DNA of 64,000 bases, from positions 320,001 through 384,000 of the forward strand of contig CAVVPN010000011.1 of the NCBI GenBank assembly GCA_963750165.1, given 5' to 3'. The notes beneath the pieces were generated by a model. It had not been told where the DNA came from and searched no databases. It saw only the letters and a program-made list of their open reading frames with translations. This document shows, piece after piece, positions 1 through 10,100 of this stretch. Position numbers and translations under genes: made by a program. Position 1 is the stretch's first letter. The number at the start of each line of letters is the position of its first letter. The stretch is from an uncultured Gemmataceae bacterium (lineage in GTDB: Bacteria; Planctomycetota; Planctomycetia; Gemmatales; Gemmataceae).

Positions 1-531
1 GAAGGCGAGCGTGCGGTTGCGCTTGCCGCCCTTCGTGTAATATTCGCCGCGCAACCCCGCTTTGCCTTCGGCCTCCTTGAGCGGCCGCAGCGCGGTGCCG
101 GTCGAAAAGCCGCCGATCAAATCGGCGCTGGCCTGGCGGTACTCGGTGACGGTGAGCCGGGCGAACGCGACGCGCGGGGCCTTGATGCGGGCCTGGGCGG
201 CCGGCGAATAGAAGGCGTCAAAAAGGTACGCGGCCACCTTCTCGGCATCGGCGCCGGTCAGGGTGCCGGGGTCGTCCTCCGGCATCGTGCGAGCGATGTA
301 CTTGGCCAGCTGGGCCAGCGAGCGGTTGCCGATGAGCTGCTGCGGATGGGCCTTGGTGCCCTCGCCGCCCTTGCCGTGACAGCGGGCGCATTTCTGCTGG
401 TAGATGGCGGCGCCGGGCGGTTCGCCGGCGCCGGCGCCGTGGACTGAGAGGAACATGACCGCGAGCGCCGCCAGCGCCCCAATGGGGACAGGGCGGCGAC
501 GACACGAAGTAGCGCATGGGCGGAAATGCAC
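1..531 (-). CDS. Secreted c-type cytochrome / DUF1587-like / PA14-like domain protein (5' part only; runs off the window start)
   Basis: Frame not in the ORF track. GTG at 531, signal-like IGALAALAVMFLSVHGAGA, heme motif CARCH, RLTVTEYRQASADLIG (DUF1587-like), GLRGEYY (PA14-like). Confidence 0.75.
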   Translation of the reverse strand, partial: MHFRPCATSCRRRPVPIGALAALAVMFLSVHGAGAGEPPGAAIYQQKCARCHGKGGEGTKAHPQQLIGNRSLAQLAKYIARTMPEDDPGTLTGADAEKVAAYLFDAFYSPAAQARIKAPRVAFARLTVTEYRQASADLIGGFSTGTALRPLKEAEGKAGLRGEYYTKGGKRNRTLAF

Positions 532-809
532 AATAAATCGCACGGAAGCAGCCCTCACAACGGCGACCCACTCTTTTTTGTGCCCGACCTGGGGGTTGGA
601 GTGGTTTTCCGAATTCTATCCAGAGTAAAGAATGCGGCGGAAGTTGCAAGTTTTTCTTGGGGAGCGGCGGCGCCCGCGGCGCGCGGGATAGTGGACGCCG
701 CCGGTTTTTTTTGCCGCGCTTCTCTGCAAGCCGGTCCCCTGGACGGCCGACGTTGGGTAAACTAACGGTGATCGATTGCGAGCACGGCCGCCGCCCAAAG
801 GGGATTGTC

Positions 810-1700
810 ATGGGATTGCTTCCCGATCACGAAATTGAGCGGATCATCAAGATCGAACCGCTGGCCGAAGGGCTCTCCCGGCCCGGGACCATTTCGTATG
901 GCCTGACCAGTTACGGCTACGACGTGCGCGTTGGCCGGCGCTTCAAGGTCTTCGAGCCGTACCACGAAATCAAGAGCATGAAGGACGTGGCCGCCGCCTG
1001 GCTGGCGGGCCTCATCGACGGCGAAGGGCATCTGCGCGACGACCCGGGGGAGGGAGTCAAACTGACGGTCACCAATACCGATCGCTCCATGCTGGAACTG
1101 GCGCACAATCTCACCGGGGTTGGACAAATCTACACGACGAATCACGCCAACCCCAACCACAAGACGCGCCACGACTGGGTAGTTTCGCGCAGCCGGCACG
1201 TCCAGGAAATCCTGGTGCGCGTCCTCCCCTACATGGTCGGCAAGCGCGAGCGGGCCTTGCAGCTGATCGGCAAGACGTTCAAGCGGGAAGGCGTCGCCAT
1301 GCCGATCGTGGACCCCAAGCACTTCCCCACGGACGCCTTCGTGGACATTGAGGCCGATTTTTGCATCATTCCGCCGAACAGCTTCGCCCTGGCTGAAACC
1401 GTGGAGACGTTCGAGATTCCAAGGGATGTGCTCGCGATCTGTTTGGGGAAAAGCACGATCGCGAGATGCGGGATCATCGTGAATGTGACGCCCCTGGAGC
1501 CGGAATGGCGCGGCAAGATCACGATTGAAATCTCCAACACAACGCCCTTGCCAGCAAAGATTTATGCCAATGAAGGTATCGCGCAAATCCTCTTCCTGCG
1601 CGCCGACGCCGTGTGCCGCGTCAGTTACGCGGACAAGCGCGGCAAATACCAGGACCAAAAAGGCCTGATGCTGCCCTTCGTCAAAACAGACGAACAGTAG
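810..1700 (+). CDS. dcd: dCTP deaminase with an in-frame LAGLIDADG endonuclease domain insertion
   Basis: [78 protein letters not shown]. 296 aa because of an insert of about 110 aa. Confidence 0.95.
   Translation: MGLLPDHEIERIIKIEPLAEGLSRPGTISYGLTSYGYDVRVGRRFKVFEPYHEIKSMKDVAAAWLAGLIDGEGHLRDDPGEGVKLTVTNTDRSMLELAHNLTGVGQIYTTNHANPNHKTRHDWVVSRSRHVQEILVRVLPYMVGKRERALQLIGKTFKREGVAMPIVDPKHFPTDAFVDIEADFCIIPPNSFALAETVETFEIPRDVLAICLGKSTIARCGIIVNVTPLEPEWRGKITIEISNTTPLPAKIYANEGIAQILFLRADAVCRVSYADKRGKYQDQKGLMLPFVKTDEQ
954..1304 (+). mobile_element. Single-motif LAGLIDADG homing endonuclease domain inserted in frame in dcd, with no intein splicing domain
   Basis: [10 protein letters not shown] at 999-1028, followed by LTVTNTD, GVGQIY, DWVVS and [11 protein letters not shown], which are typical of the LAGLIDADG fold. 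Confidence 0.85.
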
Positions 1701-1729
1701 TTGACACCTGTTTACGATCTTGATACAAT
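1701..1729 (+). promoter_or_regulatory. Sigma-70-type promoter for nrdJ
   Basis: TTGACA (1701-1706), 17 bp spacer, TACAAT (1724-1729), immediately after the dcd stop. Confidence 0.75.
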
Positions 1730-1781
1730 TACTCCCCCCAATCACTTCCGGGGAGTGTTCCGAGCTATTACGAGACGTACC

Positions 1782-4700
1782 ATGCAGATTACCCGTCGTT
1801 ACACCGTTGCCGGCCAGGATCCGTTCGCATCCTTCACGTTCGTGCCACGGACGTCGCGCATCGCCAATCCCGACGGATCGGTGGTGTTTGAGATGAAGGG
1901 GCTGCTGGCGCCGGAGGGCTGGTCGCAGGTGGCCGTGGACGTGCTCGCCCAGAAGTACTTCCGTCGAGCGGGGGTGCCGGCGCAGACCGAGCCCGTGACG
2001 GAGGCGGGTGTACCGGAGTGGTTGCAGCGGCGGCGGCCGGCGGCTGGGGCGGCTCTCGACCACGAGACGGATGCGCGGCAGGTGTTTCGGCGGCTGGCGG
2101 GCTGCTGGACGTACTGGGGCTGGAAGGGCGGCTACTTTTCCAGCGTGGCGGACGCGCGCGCCTTCTTCGATGAGTCGTGCCACATGCTGGCGGCGCAGCT
2201 GGCGGCGCCAAACAGTCCGCAGTGGTTCAACACCGGTCTGCACTGGGCCTACGGCATCGAAGGACCGCCGCAGGGCCATTACTACGTCGAGCCGGCCACG
2301 GGACAGATGACGCAGGCCACATCGGCGTATGAACATGTGACTCCCCACGCATGCTTCATCCAGCAGGTGCGCGACGACCTCGTCAACGAGGGCGGCATCA
2401 TGGACCTGTGGGTCCGTGAGGCGCGCATTTTTAAATACGGCAGTGGTACGGGATCAAATTTCTCCGCGCTCCGCGGTGAAGGCGAACCGCTCTCGGGCGG
2501 CGGTAAGTCGAGTGGCCTCATGAGCTTCCTGAAAATTGGAGACCGGGCGGCAGGGGCTATAAAATCGGGGGGGACCACGCGCAGGGCTGCAAAAATGACT
2601 ATTCTGGATCTTGATCATCCAGATATTGAGAAGTTCATCCTCTGGAAGGTGGTCGAGGAGCAGAAAGTCGCTTCGTTGGTGACGGGTTCGCGGTTGCTGA
2701 ATCGCCACTTGAACGCCGTCATGAAGGCAGCCCACCAGTGGCCGCAGGAGAGCGAGCGCTTCGACCGCGCCCGAAACAAGAACCTGCGCAAAGCCATCCA
2801 ACAGGCCCAGGAAGTGCTGGTGCCGGCCAATTACATCGAGCGCGTCTTACAACTCGCCCGTCAAGGCTTCACGGGGCTGGAGTTCGCGGAGTTCGCGGAG
2901 TACGACACCGACTGGAACTCGGAGGCGTACTTTACCGTCTCGGGCCAGAACAGCAACAACTCCGTGCGCGTGGACAACGCCTTCATGGACGCGGTCGCCA
3001 ACGACGGGCCGTGGCACCTCTACTGGCGCACCGAGAAGGAGCGGGCGAAGGCTCAGGGCCGGCCGCCGAAGCCGCGCCAGACGATGAAGGCGCGCGACCT
3101 GTGGGAGCAGATCGCCTACGCGGCGTGGGCATGCGCCGACCCGGGCGTGCAGTTCGACACCACCGTCAACGAGTGGCACACCTGCTCGGTGGACGGACGG
3201 ATTAACGCCAGCAATCCCTGCAGCGAGTACATGTTCCTCGATAATACAGCATGCAATCTCGCAAGTCTAAACCTTATCAGGTTTTACGACACGAAGACCG
3301 TCCGCTTCGACATCGACTCATTCCGGCACGCGACCCGGCTGTGGACGCTGATCCTGGAGATCTCCGTCTACATGGCCCAGTTCCCCAGCAAGGAGGTGGC
3401 GCAGAAGTCCTACGACTTCCGCACGCTCGGCCTGGGGTACGCCAACATGGGCTCGCTGCTCATGGTGCAGGGCCTGCCCTACGACTCCGAGGCTGGCCGC
3501 GCCCAGTGCGGCGCCATCTCGGCGCTGATGCACGCCGTCGCCTACGCCACGTCCGCCGAGATCGCCGCCGAGGTCGGGCCGTTCGTGCGCTTCGCTGTCA
3601 ACCGCGAGCCGATGCTGCGCGTCGTCCGCAACCACCGCCTGGCCGCCTACAACGTCCCGCGCGAGCAGTACGAGGGCCTGACCATCCCGCCGGTCGGCAT
3701 CCACCCGCAGCACTGCCCGGCGTATCTGCTGGAGGCCGCCCGCCGCGAGAGCGACCGCATGGTCGAACTCGGCGAACGGCACGGCTTCCGCAACGCCCAG
3801 GTCACCTGCATCGCGCCGACGGGCACGATTTCTCTCATCATGGACTGCGACACCACCGGCGTTGAGCCGGACTTCGCCCTGGTCAAGTTCAAGAAGTTGG
3901 CCGGCGGCGGCTACTTCAAGATCATCAACCAGAGCGTGCCGCCGGCGCTGGAGCGGCTCGGCTACACCCCGCAGCAAATCGACGACATTGTCCGCTACTG
4001 TCGCGGCGCCGCCACGCTGCAGGGCTGCCCGCACGTCCACCGCGCCAGCCTCAAGGCAAAGGGCTTCACTGACGAGGTGCTCGACCGCATCGAGTCGCAG
4101 TTGCCCGGCGCCTTCGAGATGTCGTTCGTGTTCAACCGCTGGACCGTCGGCGACGACGTGTTGCGCGATCAGTTGAAGATCAGCAAGGAGCGCTTCGAGG
4201 CGCCCGGCTTCGACCTGTTGCACGCGCTCGGCTACACCACCGAGCAGATCGCGGAGGCCAACGGCTACGTCTGCGGCACCATGACCATTGAGGGGGCGCC
4301 GCACCTCAGGCCGGAGCACTACCCCGTCTTCGACTGTGCCAACAAGTGCGGCAAGACCGGCCAGCGCTTCCTGTCCGCGGAGGCGCACATCCGCATGATG
4401 GCCGCGGCGCAGCCGTTCGTCTCGGGCGCGATCTCGAAAACCATCAATATGCCCTACGAGGCCACCATTGAGGACGTGAAGCAGGCGTACCTGCTCAGCT
4501 GGCAGCTGATGCTCAAGGCCAACGCCCTGTACCGCGACGGCTCCAAGCTTAGCCAACCGCTCAACACCATCGCCGACGCCCCGGCCGCGGAAGCCATCGA
4601 GGCCGAGCCGGAAAAGGAAGCGCACGCCAACCCGGCCGAGCCGGTGCGCATCGCGGAGAAGATCGTCCACCGCTACATCCGCCGCCGTCGTCGGCTGCCG

Positions 4701-5405
4701 GACCGCCGCGCCGGCTACACGCAGAAAGCGCGCATCGGCAACCACAAGATTTACCTGCGCACCGGCGAGTACGAGGACGGCACCCTCGGTGAAATCTTCG
4801 TGGACATGCACAAGGAAGGGGCGGCGTTCCGAAGCATGACCAATTGTTTCGCCATTGCCATCTCGCTGGGCCTGCAGCACGGCGTACCGCTCGACGAGTT
4901 CGTGGACGCCTTCCTGTTCACGCGCTTCGAGCCGAACGGCATCGTGCAGGGCAACCCGTACATCAAGATGACGACCTCGATCATCGACTACATCTTCCGC
5001 GAACTGGCCATCACCTACCTGGGCCGGCACGACCTCGCGCACGTGCGGCCGGACGACCTGCGCGGCGACGCCCTGCACCGCCACGAGGACGAGCCGGAGT
5101 TTGAATCTGAAGAGGTGGTCGAGGAGCGCGTGCTGGAGCCCAGGCCGATTTCCAAGGCGTTCGCCACGCCGCGCTCCGAGCACCTGCACCCGCTGCCGGA
5201 GAGCGCCGTCAACGGCCACCCCCCCGCCGCCGCGTCCGTTCCCGCCGCCGCCGCCGCGCCGGCCACCCGGGAGAGCAAGGTGCGCCTGGCCCGCCTCAAG
5301 GGGTATGAGGGCGACCCTTGTCCCGAGTGTGGCCAGCTGACGCTGGTGCGCAGCGGTTCGTGCTGCAAGTGCGACAGCTGCGGCGCCACCTCTGGGTGCA
5401 GCTGA
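1782..5405 (+). CDS. nrdJ: Class II (adenosylcobalamin-dependent) ribonucleotide reductase with C-terminal TSCPD domain and Zn ribbon
   Basis: [78 protein letters not shown]...CDSCG. Confidence 0.97.
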   Translation: MQITRRYTVAGQDPFASFTFVPRTSRIANPDGSVVFEMKGLLAPEGWSQVAVDVLAQKYFRRAGVPAQTEPVTEAGVPEWLQRRRPAAGAALDHETDARQVFRRLAGCWTYWGWKGGYFSSVADARAFFDESCHMLAAQLAAPNSPQWFNTGLHWAYGIEGPPQGHYYVEPATGQMTQATSAYEHVTPHACFIQQVRDDLVNEGGIMDLWVREARIFKYGSGTGSNFSALRGEGEPLSGGGKSSGLMSFLKIGDRAAGAIKSGGTTRRAAKMTILDLDHPDIEKFILWKVVEEQKVASLVTGSRLLNRHLNAVMKAAHQWPQESERFDRARNKNLRKAIQQAQEVLVPANYIERVLQLARQGFTGLEFAEFAEYDTDWNSEAYFTVSGQNSNNSVRVDNAFMDAVANDGPWHLYWRTEKERAKAQGRPPKPRQTMKARDLWEQIAYAAWACADPGVQFDTTVNEWHTCSVDGRINASNPCSEYMFLDNTACNLASLNLIRFYDTKTVRFDIDSFRHATRLWTLILEISVYMAQFPSKEVAQKSYDFRTLGLGYANMGSLLMVQGLPYDSEAGRAQCGAISALMHAVAYATSAEIAAEVGPFVRFAVNREPMLRVVRNHRLAAYNVPREQYEGLTIPPVGIHPQHCPAYLLEAARRESDRMVELGERHGFRNAQVTCIAPTGTISLIMDCDTTGVEPDFALVKFKKLAGGGYFKIINQSVPPALERLGYTPQQIDDIVRYCRGAATLQGCPHVHRASLKAKGFTDEVLDRIESQLPGAFEMSFVFNRWTVGDDVLRDQLKISKERFEAPGFDLLHALGYTTEQIAEANGYVCGTMTIEGAPHLRPEHYPVFDCANKCGKTGQRFLSAEAHIRMMAAAQPFVSGAISKTINMPYEATIEDVKQAYLLSWQLMLKANALYRDGSKLSQPLNTIADAPAAEAIEAEPEKEAHANPAEPVRIAEKIVHRYIRRRRRLPDRRAGYTQKARIGNHKIYLRTGEYEDGTLGEIFVDMHKEGAAFRSMTNCFAIAISLGLQHGVPLDEFVDAFLFTRFEPNGIVQGNPYIKMTTSIIDYIFRELAITYLGRHDLAHVRPDDLRGDALHRHEDEPEFESEEVVEERVLEPRPISKAFATPRSEHLHPLPESAVNGHPPAAASVPAAAAAPATRESKVRLARLKGYEGDPCPECGQLTLVRSGSCCKCDSCGATSGCS

Positions 5406-5460
5406 AGGGAGGAAGGATGAAAAAAGACTGCGGATGGTCTTTTTTCATCCTTCCTCCTTC
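5404..5460. terminator. Long inverted repeat / probable terminator after nrdJ
   Basis: GGAGGAAGGATGAAAAAAGAC-N8-GTCTTTTTTCATCCTTCCTCC. Confidence 0.7.
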
Positions 5461-5512
5461 CGGTTCATCGGGGTTGGCGGGAAAAAATTTGCCGAGAAAT
5501 CGGGTTCGTCTG

Positions 5513-5541
5513 TTGCAGTCGCGAAGTAGGCTTGGTATAGA
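5513..5541 (+). promoter_or_regulatory. Putative sigma-70 promoter
   Basis: TTGCAG, 17 bp spacer, TATAGA with an extended -10 TG. Confidence 0.5.
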
Positions 5542-5698
5542 CGAGAAGAAGGTTGGACGTTCTTCGCCGGCGGAGCCAAGGGGACGGTTCCCGAAGACGC
5601 CCCGAATGTTTCTCACCAAAGGGTTCGGTTCCGAAAGCCCGGAGGCAGGGAGGCGCCAGACGTTCCCGAACTGAACGCGCGCGAAAGGAGAAGTCGCC

Positions 5699-5839
5699 AT
5701 GATCTATGGCGAGCCAGAAACATCCCGGTTTCTGGCCGCGGTGCAGCGCCTCAAACGGCTGCAGCGCCGCAAGGAGCGTCAAACCCGTCAGGCCAAGCAA
5801 CGTGTGCGGCTTGCGCTGCGCAAGATGCGCGAGTGCTGA
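5699..5839 (+). CDS. Small basic 46-aa protein (not in the ORF track)
   Basis: RBS AAAGGAG, MIYGEPETSRFLAAVQRLKRLQRRKERQTRQAKQRVRLALRKMREC, upstream promoter and downstream hairpin. Confidence 0.6.
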   Translation: MIYGEPETSRFLAAVQRLKRLQRRKERQTRQAKQRVRLALRKMREC

Positions 5840-5865
5840 CGGCCGCCGCACCACGATTCACCACC

Positions 5866-5894
5866 AACACCCGGCCCCTGCGGCCGGGTGTTGG
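5866..5894 (+). terminator. Hairpin after the small ORF
   Basis: CAACACCCGGCC-N5-GGCCGGGTGTTG. Confidence 0.5.
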
Positions 5895-5986
5895 CGTTTC
5901 TACCGCGTGCGTCAACTGCAGTCCCGATTGCTCGCCGGGCCACGGTTGCCGTGGAATCCGTTTGCCCCAAACCGAAGGAGGGCCTC

Positions 5987-6592
5987 ATGAGCAGCCCCAC
6001 CACCACCCCCGTTACCTACGGCCTGGATGCCTCGATCCCGCGCTGGTCGGTCGCCCGCTATCAGAAAATGATCGAAGCGGGCATTCTCACGTCGGAGGAC
6101 AAGGTCGAATTACTCGAAAACTATGTGGTCCTGAAAATGCCGCACAACCCGCCCCACGACGGGACGATTGACCTCGTCAAAGCCGCTCTGCCACCTTGCG
6201 TCCCTGCCGGATGGCTCTTGCGCATTCAGCAGACGGTCGCCCTGGCGGACAGCCAACCCGAACCGGACTTTGCCATCGTTCGGGGATCGCCAAGGTCGTA
6301 TCTTCAGCGTCACCCCGGCGCGACGGACACCGGTTTGATTGTGGAGATGGCCAACTCGTCGTTGCTGCGCGACCAGCGCGACAAGGTGCGCATCTACGCC
6401 CGTGCCGGTATCCCCTGCTACTGGATCGTCAACCTCGTCGATCAGCGCGTCGAGGTCCACGCACAGCCGTCCGGGCCTACCGCCGCACCCGCTTACAGTG
6501 CCCTTCAGACTTATCGACCCGGCGATACCGTGCCGCTCGTCCTGGATGGCGTCACCGTGGCGAACGTGGCGGTGGTGGACCTGCTGCCCTGA
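5987..6592 (+). CDS. Uma2 (DUF820) family PD-(D/E)XK endonuclease
   Basis: RWSVARYQKMIEAGIL, VELLEN, SQPEPDFAIV, LIVEMANSSL, KVRIYARAGIPCYWIVNL; RBS GAAGGAG. Confidence 0.9.
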   Translation: MSSPTTTPVTYGLDASIPRWSVARYQKMIEAGILTSEDKVELLENYVVLKMPHNPPHDGTIDLVKAALPPCVPAGWLLRIQQTVALADSQPEPDFAIVRGSPRSYLQRHPGATDTGLIVEMANSSLLRDQRDKVRIYARAGIPCYWIVNLVDQRVEVHAQPSGPTAAPAYSALQTYRPGDTVPLVLDGVTVANVAVVDLLP

Positions 6593-6622
6593 AGCGGGAA
6601 GCGCCGTGCGAATGCCGGAATG

Positions 6623-6832
6623 TCACCGCCCCTCATTGCTGGCCTTGTCAAGCTTGTACAGCAATGCCAGGCACTTCCGACACGTCACCGCGGCGCGGTC
6701 ATCCGTGGCGATGCCTTCCATTTGAGCCCGGTGAGCGGCTTCCTTGTCGCGAGGATTGCACAGCACCATGCCGTCCGTATTGAGGGCGTGCAGGTCGCGT
6801 TTCTGTCTTTTGTCCCTGGACATTGGCGTCAT
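6623..6832 (-). CDS. Small hypothetical protein, possible His/Cys metal-binding
   Basis: LHA...VLC...VTCRKC spacing; ATG at 6832 or 6823. Confidence 0.5.
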   Translation of the reverse strand: MTPMSRDKRQKRDLHALNTDGMVLCNPRDKEAAHRAQMEGIATDDRAAVTCRKCLALLYKLDKASNEGR

Positions 6833-7106
6833 TCCGAACGAAGGCGTGCCTTTGCTTCCCGCGGCTACTCCGTGTCGCGGCCCAGGTAACTGGTCCTGGC
6901 CAGGAACAGGCATCGGGCGAACGCCACTCAACTCGGCTCGGGCGGGAAGCGGGTGGGGAATCTGCGCGTCCCCTGGGGCAATCAGGGGGGTGTGTGAAAT
7001 GAAAGGAGACGAAACCTTCCCTGGCCACCTATTGATGTTATACCGCCCAGTCCGCTTCCGGGGAACGCCCTGCGCAGGAGTGGTCGGAGCGCCCCACGCC
7101 GACCGC

Positions 7107-10100
7107 CTACTTGCTCAAATCCCACACCCGCACCCTCTGGTCGTAGCCCACAGACACCGCCTGCCGCGCGTCCGCCGTCAGCGCCACGCCCGTGATTAGC
7201 TCGCCGTGCCCGTCCCAGCGCCGCAGCGGCCTGCCGTCTGCCGCGTCCCACAGCCGCAGCGTCCGGTCGCGCCCGCCCGACAGCAATCGCTTGCCGTCCG
7301 CCGACACCGCCACCGCCGTGACCTCGCCGGCGTGCCCGGTCAACTTCCGCTTCAGCGCGCCGGTCTTCACGTCCCACTGCCGAATCACGCCGTCCAGCCC
7401 CGCCGACCACAGCATCCGGCCGTCCGCCGACAGCGCCAGCGCGTTGACCTTCCCGAACTGGTCCTTGTCCTTGTACTGGCGCACCTCCGCGCCGCTGTCC
7501 ACGTTCCACAGCCGCACCGTGCCGTCGTCGGCCGCCGACACCGCCTGCTTGCCGCCTGGCAGGAACGCCACCGCCGTCACCGTGTCGCCGTGGCCGACGA
7601 ATTCGCGCACTGTCTGCCCGCTGTCCAGATCCCACAGACGCAGCTTGCGTTCCAGCCCGCCGGTCAGGGCGTGGCGGCCGTCCGGCGCGAACGCCACCGC
7701 CGTCACCCGGCCGTTGTGGGGCAGCTTCTTCAGCTCCTTGCCGCGCGGCACGTCCCATAACCGAGCCGTTTTGTCCCAGCTGCCCGACAGCGCCTGCTGG
7801 CCGTCGCCGCTCACCGCGACGCACAGTACGCCCTCCTCGTGGCCCAGGAACGTCCACAGCACCTTGCCCGTGTTCAGGTCCCACTGCCGCACGGTTTTGT
7901 CCAGGCTCGCCGTCAACGCCCGCTGTCCCTGGCCCATCAACACCACCGCTTCCACCGGCCCCTCGTGGCCCTCGCACTGGCGGACCTGCTTCACCGGCTG
8001 CTCGACGGGCGGCGGCTTCACCTCCTGCTTCGGGCCCTTCTTGGGATCGATCTTTTTCGGCGGCGGGTCGTAAATCGCGCCGGGCACGCCCCACAGCCGC
8101 ACTGTCTTGTCGGCGCCGGCGGAGACGAACCAGCGGCCATCCGGTGCAAACGCCACACCGGAGACGGCGCCCTTGTGGCCGTCGTAGGTCCGCAGTTGTT
8201 TGTGGGTCGTCATGTCCCACAGGCGGATGCTCTGGTCCGCGCCCGACGACAGCAGTCGCACCCCTTCGGGCGAGTAGGACAGGGCGTAGACGGCGCTGCC
8301 GTGGCCGGACAGGTTGAACAGCAGCGCTCCCTGGGCCACGTCGTACACGCGCACCAGCCGATCCGTGCAGCCGGTCACCAGTTGTCTGCCATCCGGCGAG
8401 AACGTCACCGTGGTCACCTTGTCGGGGTGCGGCAGCGCCTTCAGCTCCACGCCGCCCGGCAACTCCCAGAGCCGGGCCGTGTTGTCCCAGCCCGCCGTCG
8501 CCGCCAACTTGCCGTCCGGGGAGATCGCCACCCAGTTGATCGCCTTGCGGTGGCCGATCAACTCCCGCACCTGCTCGCCCGTGTCCACGTCCCACAACCG
8601 GGCCACGTTGTCCTCGCCGCCCGAGAGCAGATACTTGCCGTCCGGCGTGAAGGCCACGCCCCAGACCGGCTTCATGTGCTTCGTCAGCACGTGCCGGGCC
8701 GCGCCGTTTTGCAGATCCCAGATCCGCACCGTCGCGTCCGCGCCGCAGGTCGCTCCGGTGCGGCCATCCGGTGAGATCGCCACGCCGTACAGTTTGCTCG
8801 TGTGGCCGCGCAACTCCCGCACCTGGTAGCCGCCAAACACGTCCCACAACCGGGCGGAGTTGTCGTGGCCGACCGACAGCGCCTGCCGGCCGTCCGGGCT
8901 GTAGGCGACGCGATCGACGTGCTGTGTGTGGCCCTTCAGCTGACGAATCTCGCCGGCCGGGCACAGGGCGGTGTAGCCGGGCAGGTTCCACACCCGCACC
9001 GTCCGGTCGTGGCCGCCCGAGACGAGCCGCTGGCCGTCCGGCGTGAAGGCCAGGCCGGCGACCGCGCCCGTGTGGCCGGTGAACACGTGCAGCGTCCGGT
9101 TGCGCTCCAGGTCCCACAGCCGAATGGTCTGGTCCTGGCCGCCGGACGCGGCGAAGCGGCCGCAGGGCGACACCGCCACGATGTAGACTCTGTCGGTGTG
9201 GCCGGTGTGGGTCCACACCGTCTTGCCGCTGTCCACGTCCCAGAGCCGCACTGATTTATCCTGACTGCCTGAGAGGAATTGCTTGCCGCCCGGCAGCACC
9301 GCCACCGTGGACACGCTGGCCTTGTGGCCCTTGTAGCGGCGCAGTTCGGCGCCGGTCTGGGCGTTCCAGAGGATCAGCGTGTTGTCCCAGCTGGCCGTCA
9401 CGAACCGTTTGCCGTCCGGCAGCCAGGCGGCGCTGTTGATCGCCTTGTCGTGGCCGGTGAAGGTGCGGATCGGCACGCCCGTCTCGGCGTCCCACAGGCG
9501 GGCGAGATTGTCCATGCCGGCGGTCAGCACCTGCTTCTGATCGGGCGAGAACAGGGCAACCCACAGGGCGTCGTCACCCGTGAAGGTCCGCAGCAGCTTG
9601 CCGTCGTTGGCGTTCCACAGCTTGGCGGTCCTGTCCTTGCTGGAGCTGAGGAAGCGGCGGCTGTCGGCGGCGAACTGCACGAAGGTCACGGAATTGTTGT
9701 GGGCCTTGATGACCCGGCCGGCTTTGGGATGCGGCCACAGCTCCCAGACGCGCACGGTGTTGTCCTTGTCCATGCCGGCCGACAGCACGCGCCGGCCGTC
9801 GGGCGAAACCGCAATGCGGTCGATGCCGGCCGTGTGACCCTGGAGCCGGGCGGCCTCGCCGACCAGCGGGCAGGCCAGGTACGTCGGCAGCCGCCAGCGC
9901 CGCAGGGTGGCGTCGTCGGACGCGGACACCAGATAGCGGCCGTCACCCCCGCAGACGACCGCCCGAACCGCCTGGGTGTGGCCCGCGAAGCGCTGCAGTT
10001 CGCGGCCGCTGGCGGTCTCCCACAGGCGCACGAGGCGGTCACCGGCCGCGGTGAAGACGAAGCGACCGTCCGGCGAGTATGCTACCCCGGCGATTTCGCC

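Noticed and set aside
529..545. NrdR box upstream of dcd-nrdJ
   Set aside because: CACAATAAATCGCA is only a partial single match and overlaps the start of the divergent gene
954..1304. Canonical intein in dcd
   Set aside because: No Cys/Ser at the insert start, no TxxH block and no terminal HN/HQ followed by C/S/T; the whole insert is accounted for by the endonuclease domain
954..1304. Group I or bulge-helix-bulge intron in dcd
   Set aside because: The insert is fully coding with no space for a ribozyme core; only a 6-bp end complementarity (CCACGA/TCGTGG), which is expected by chance
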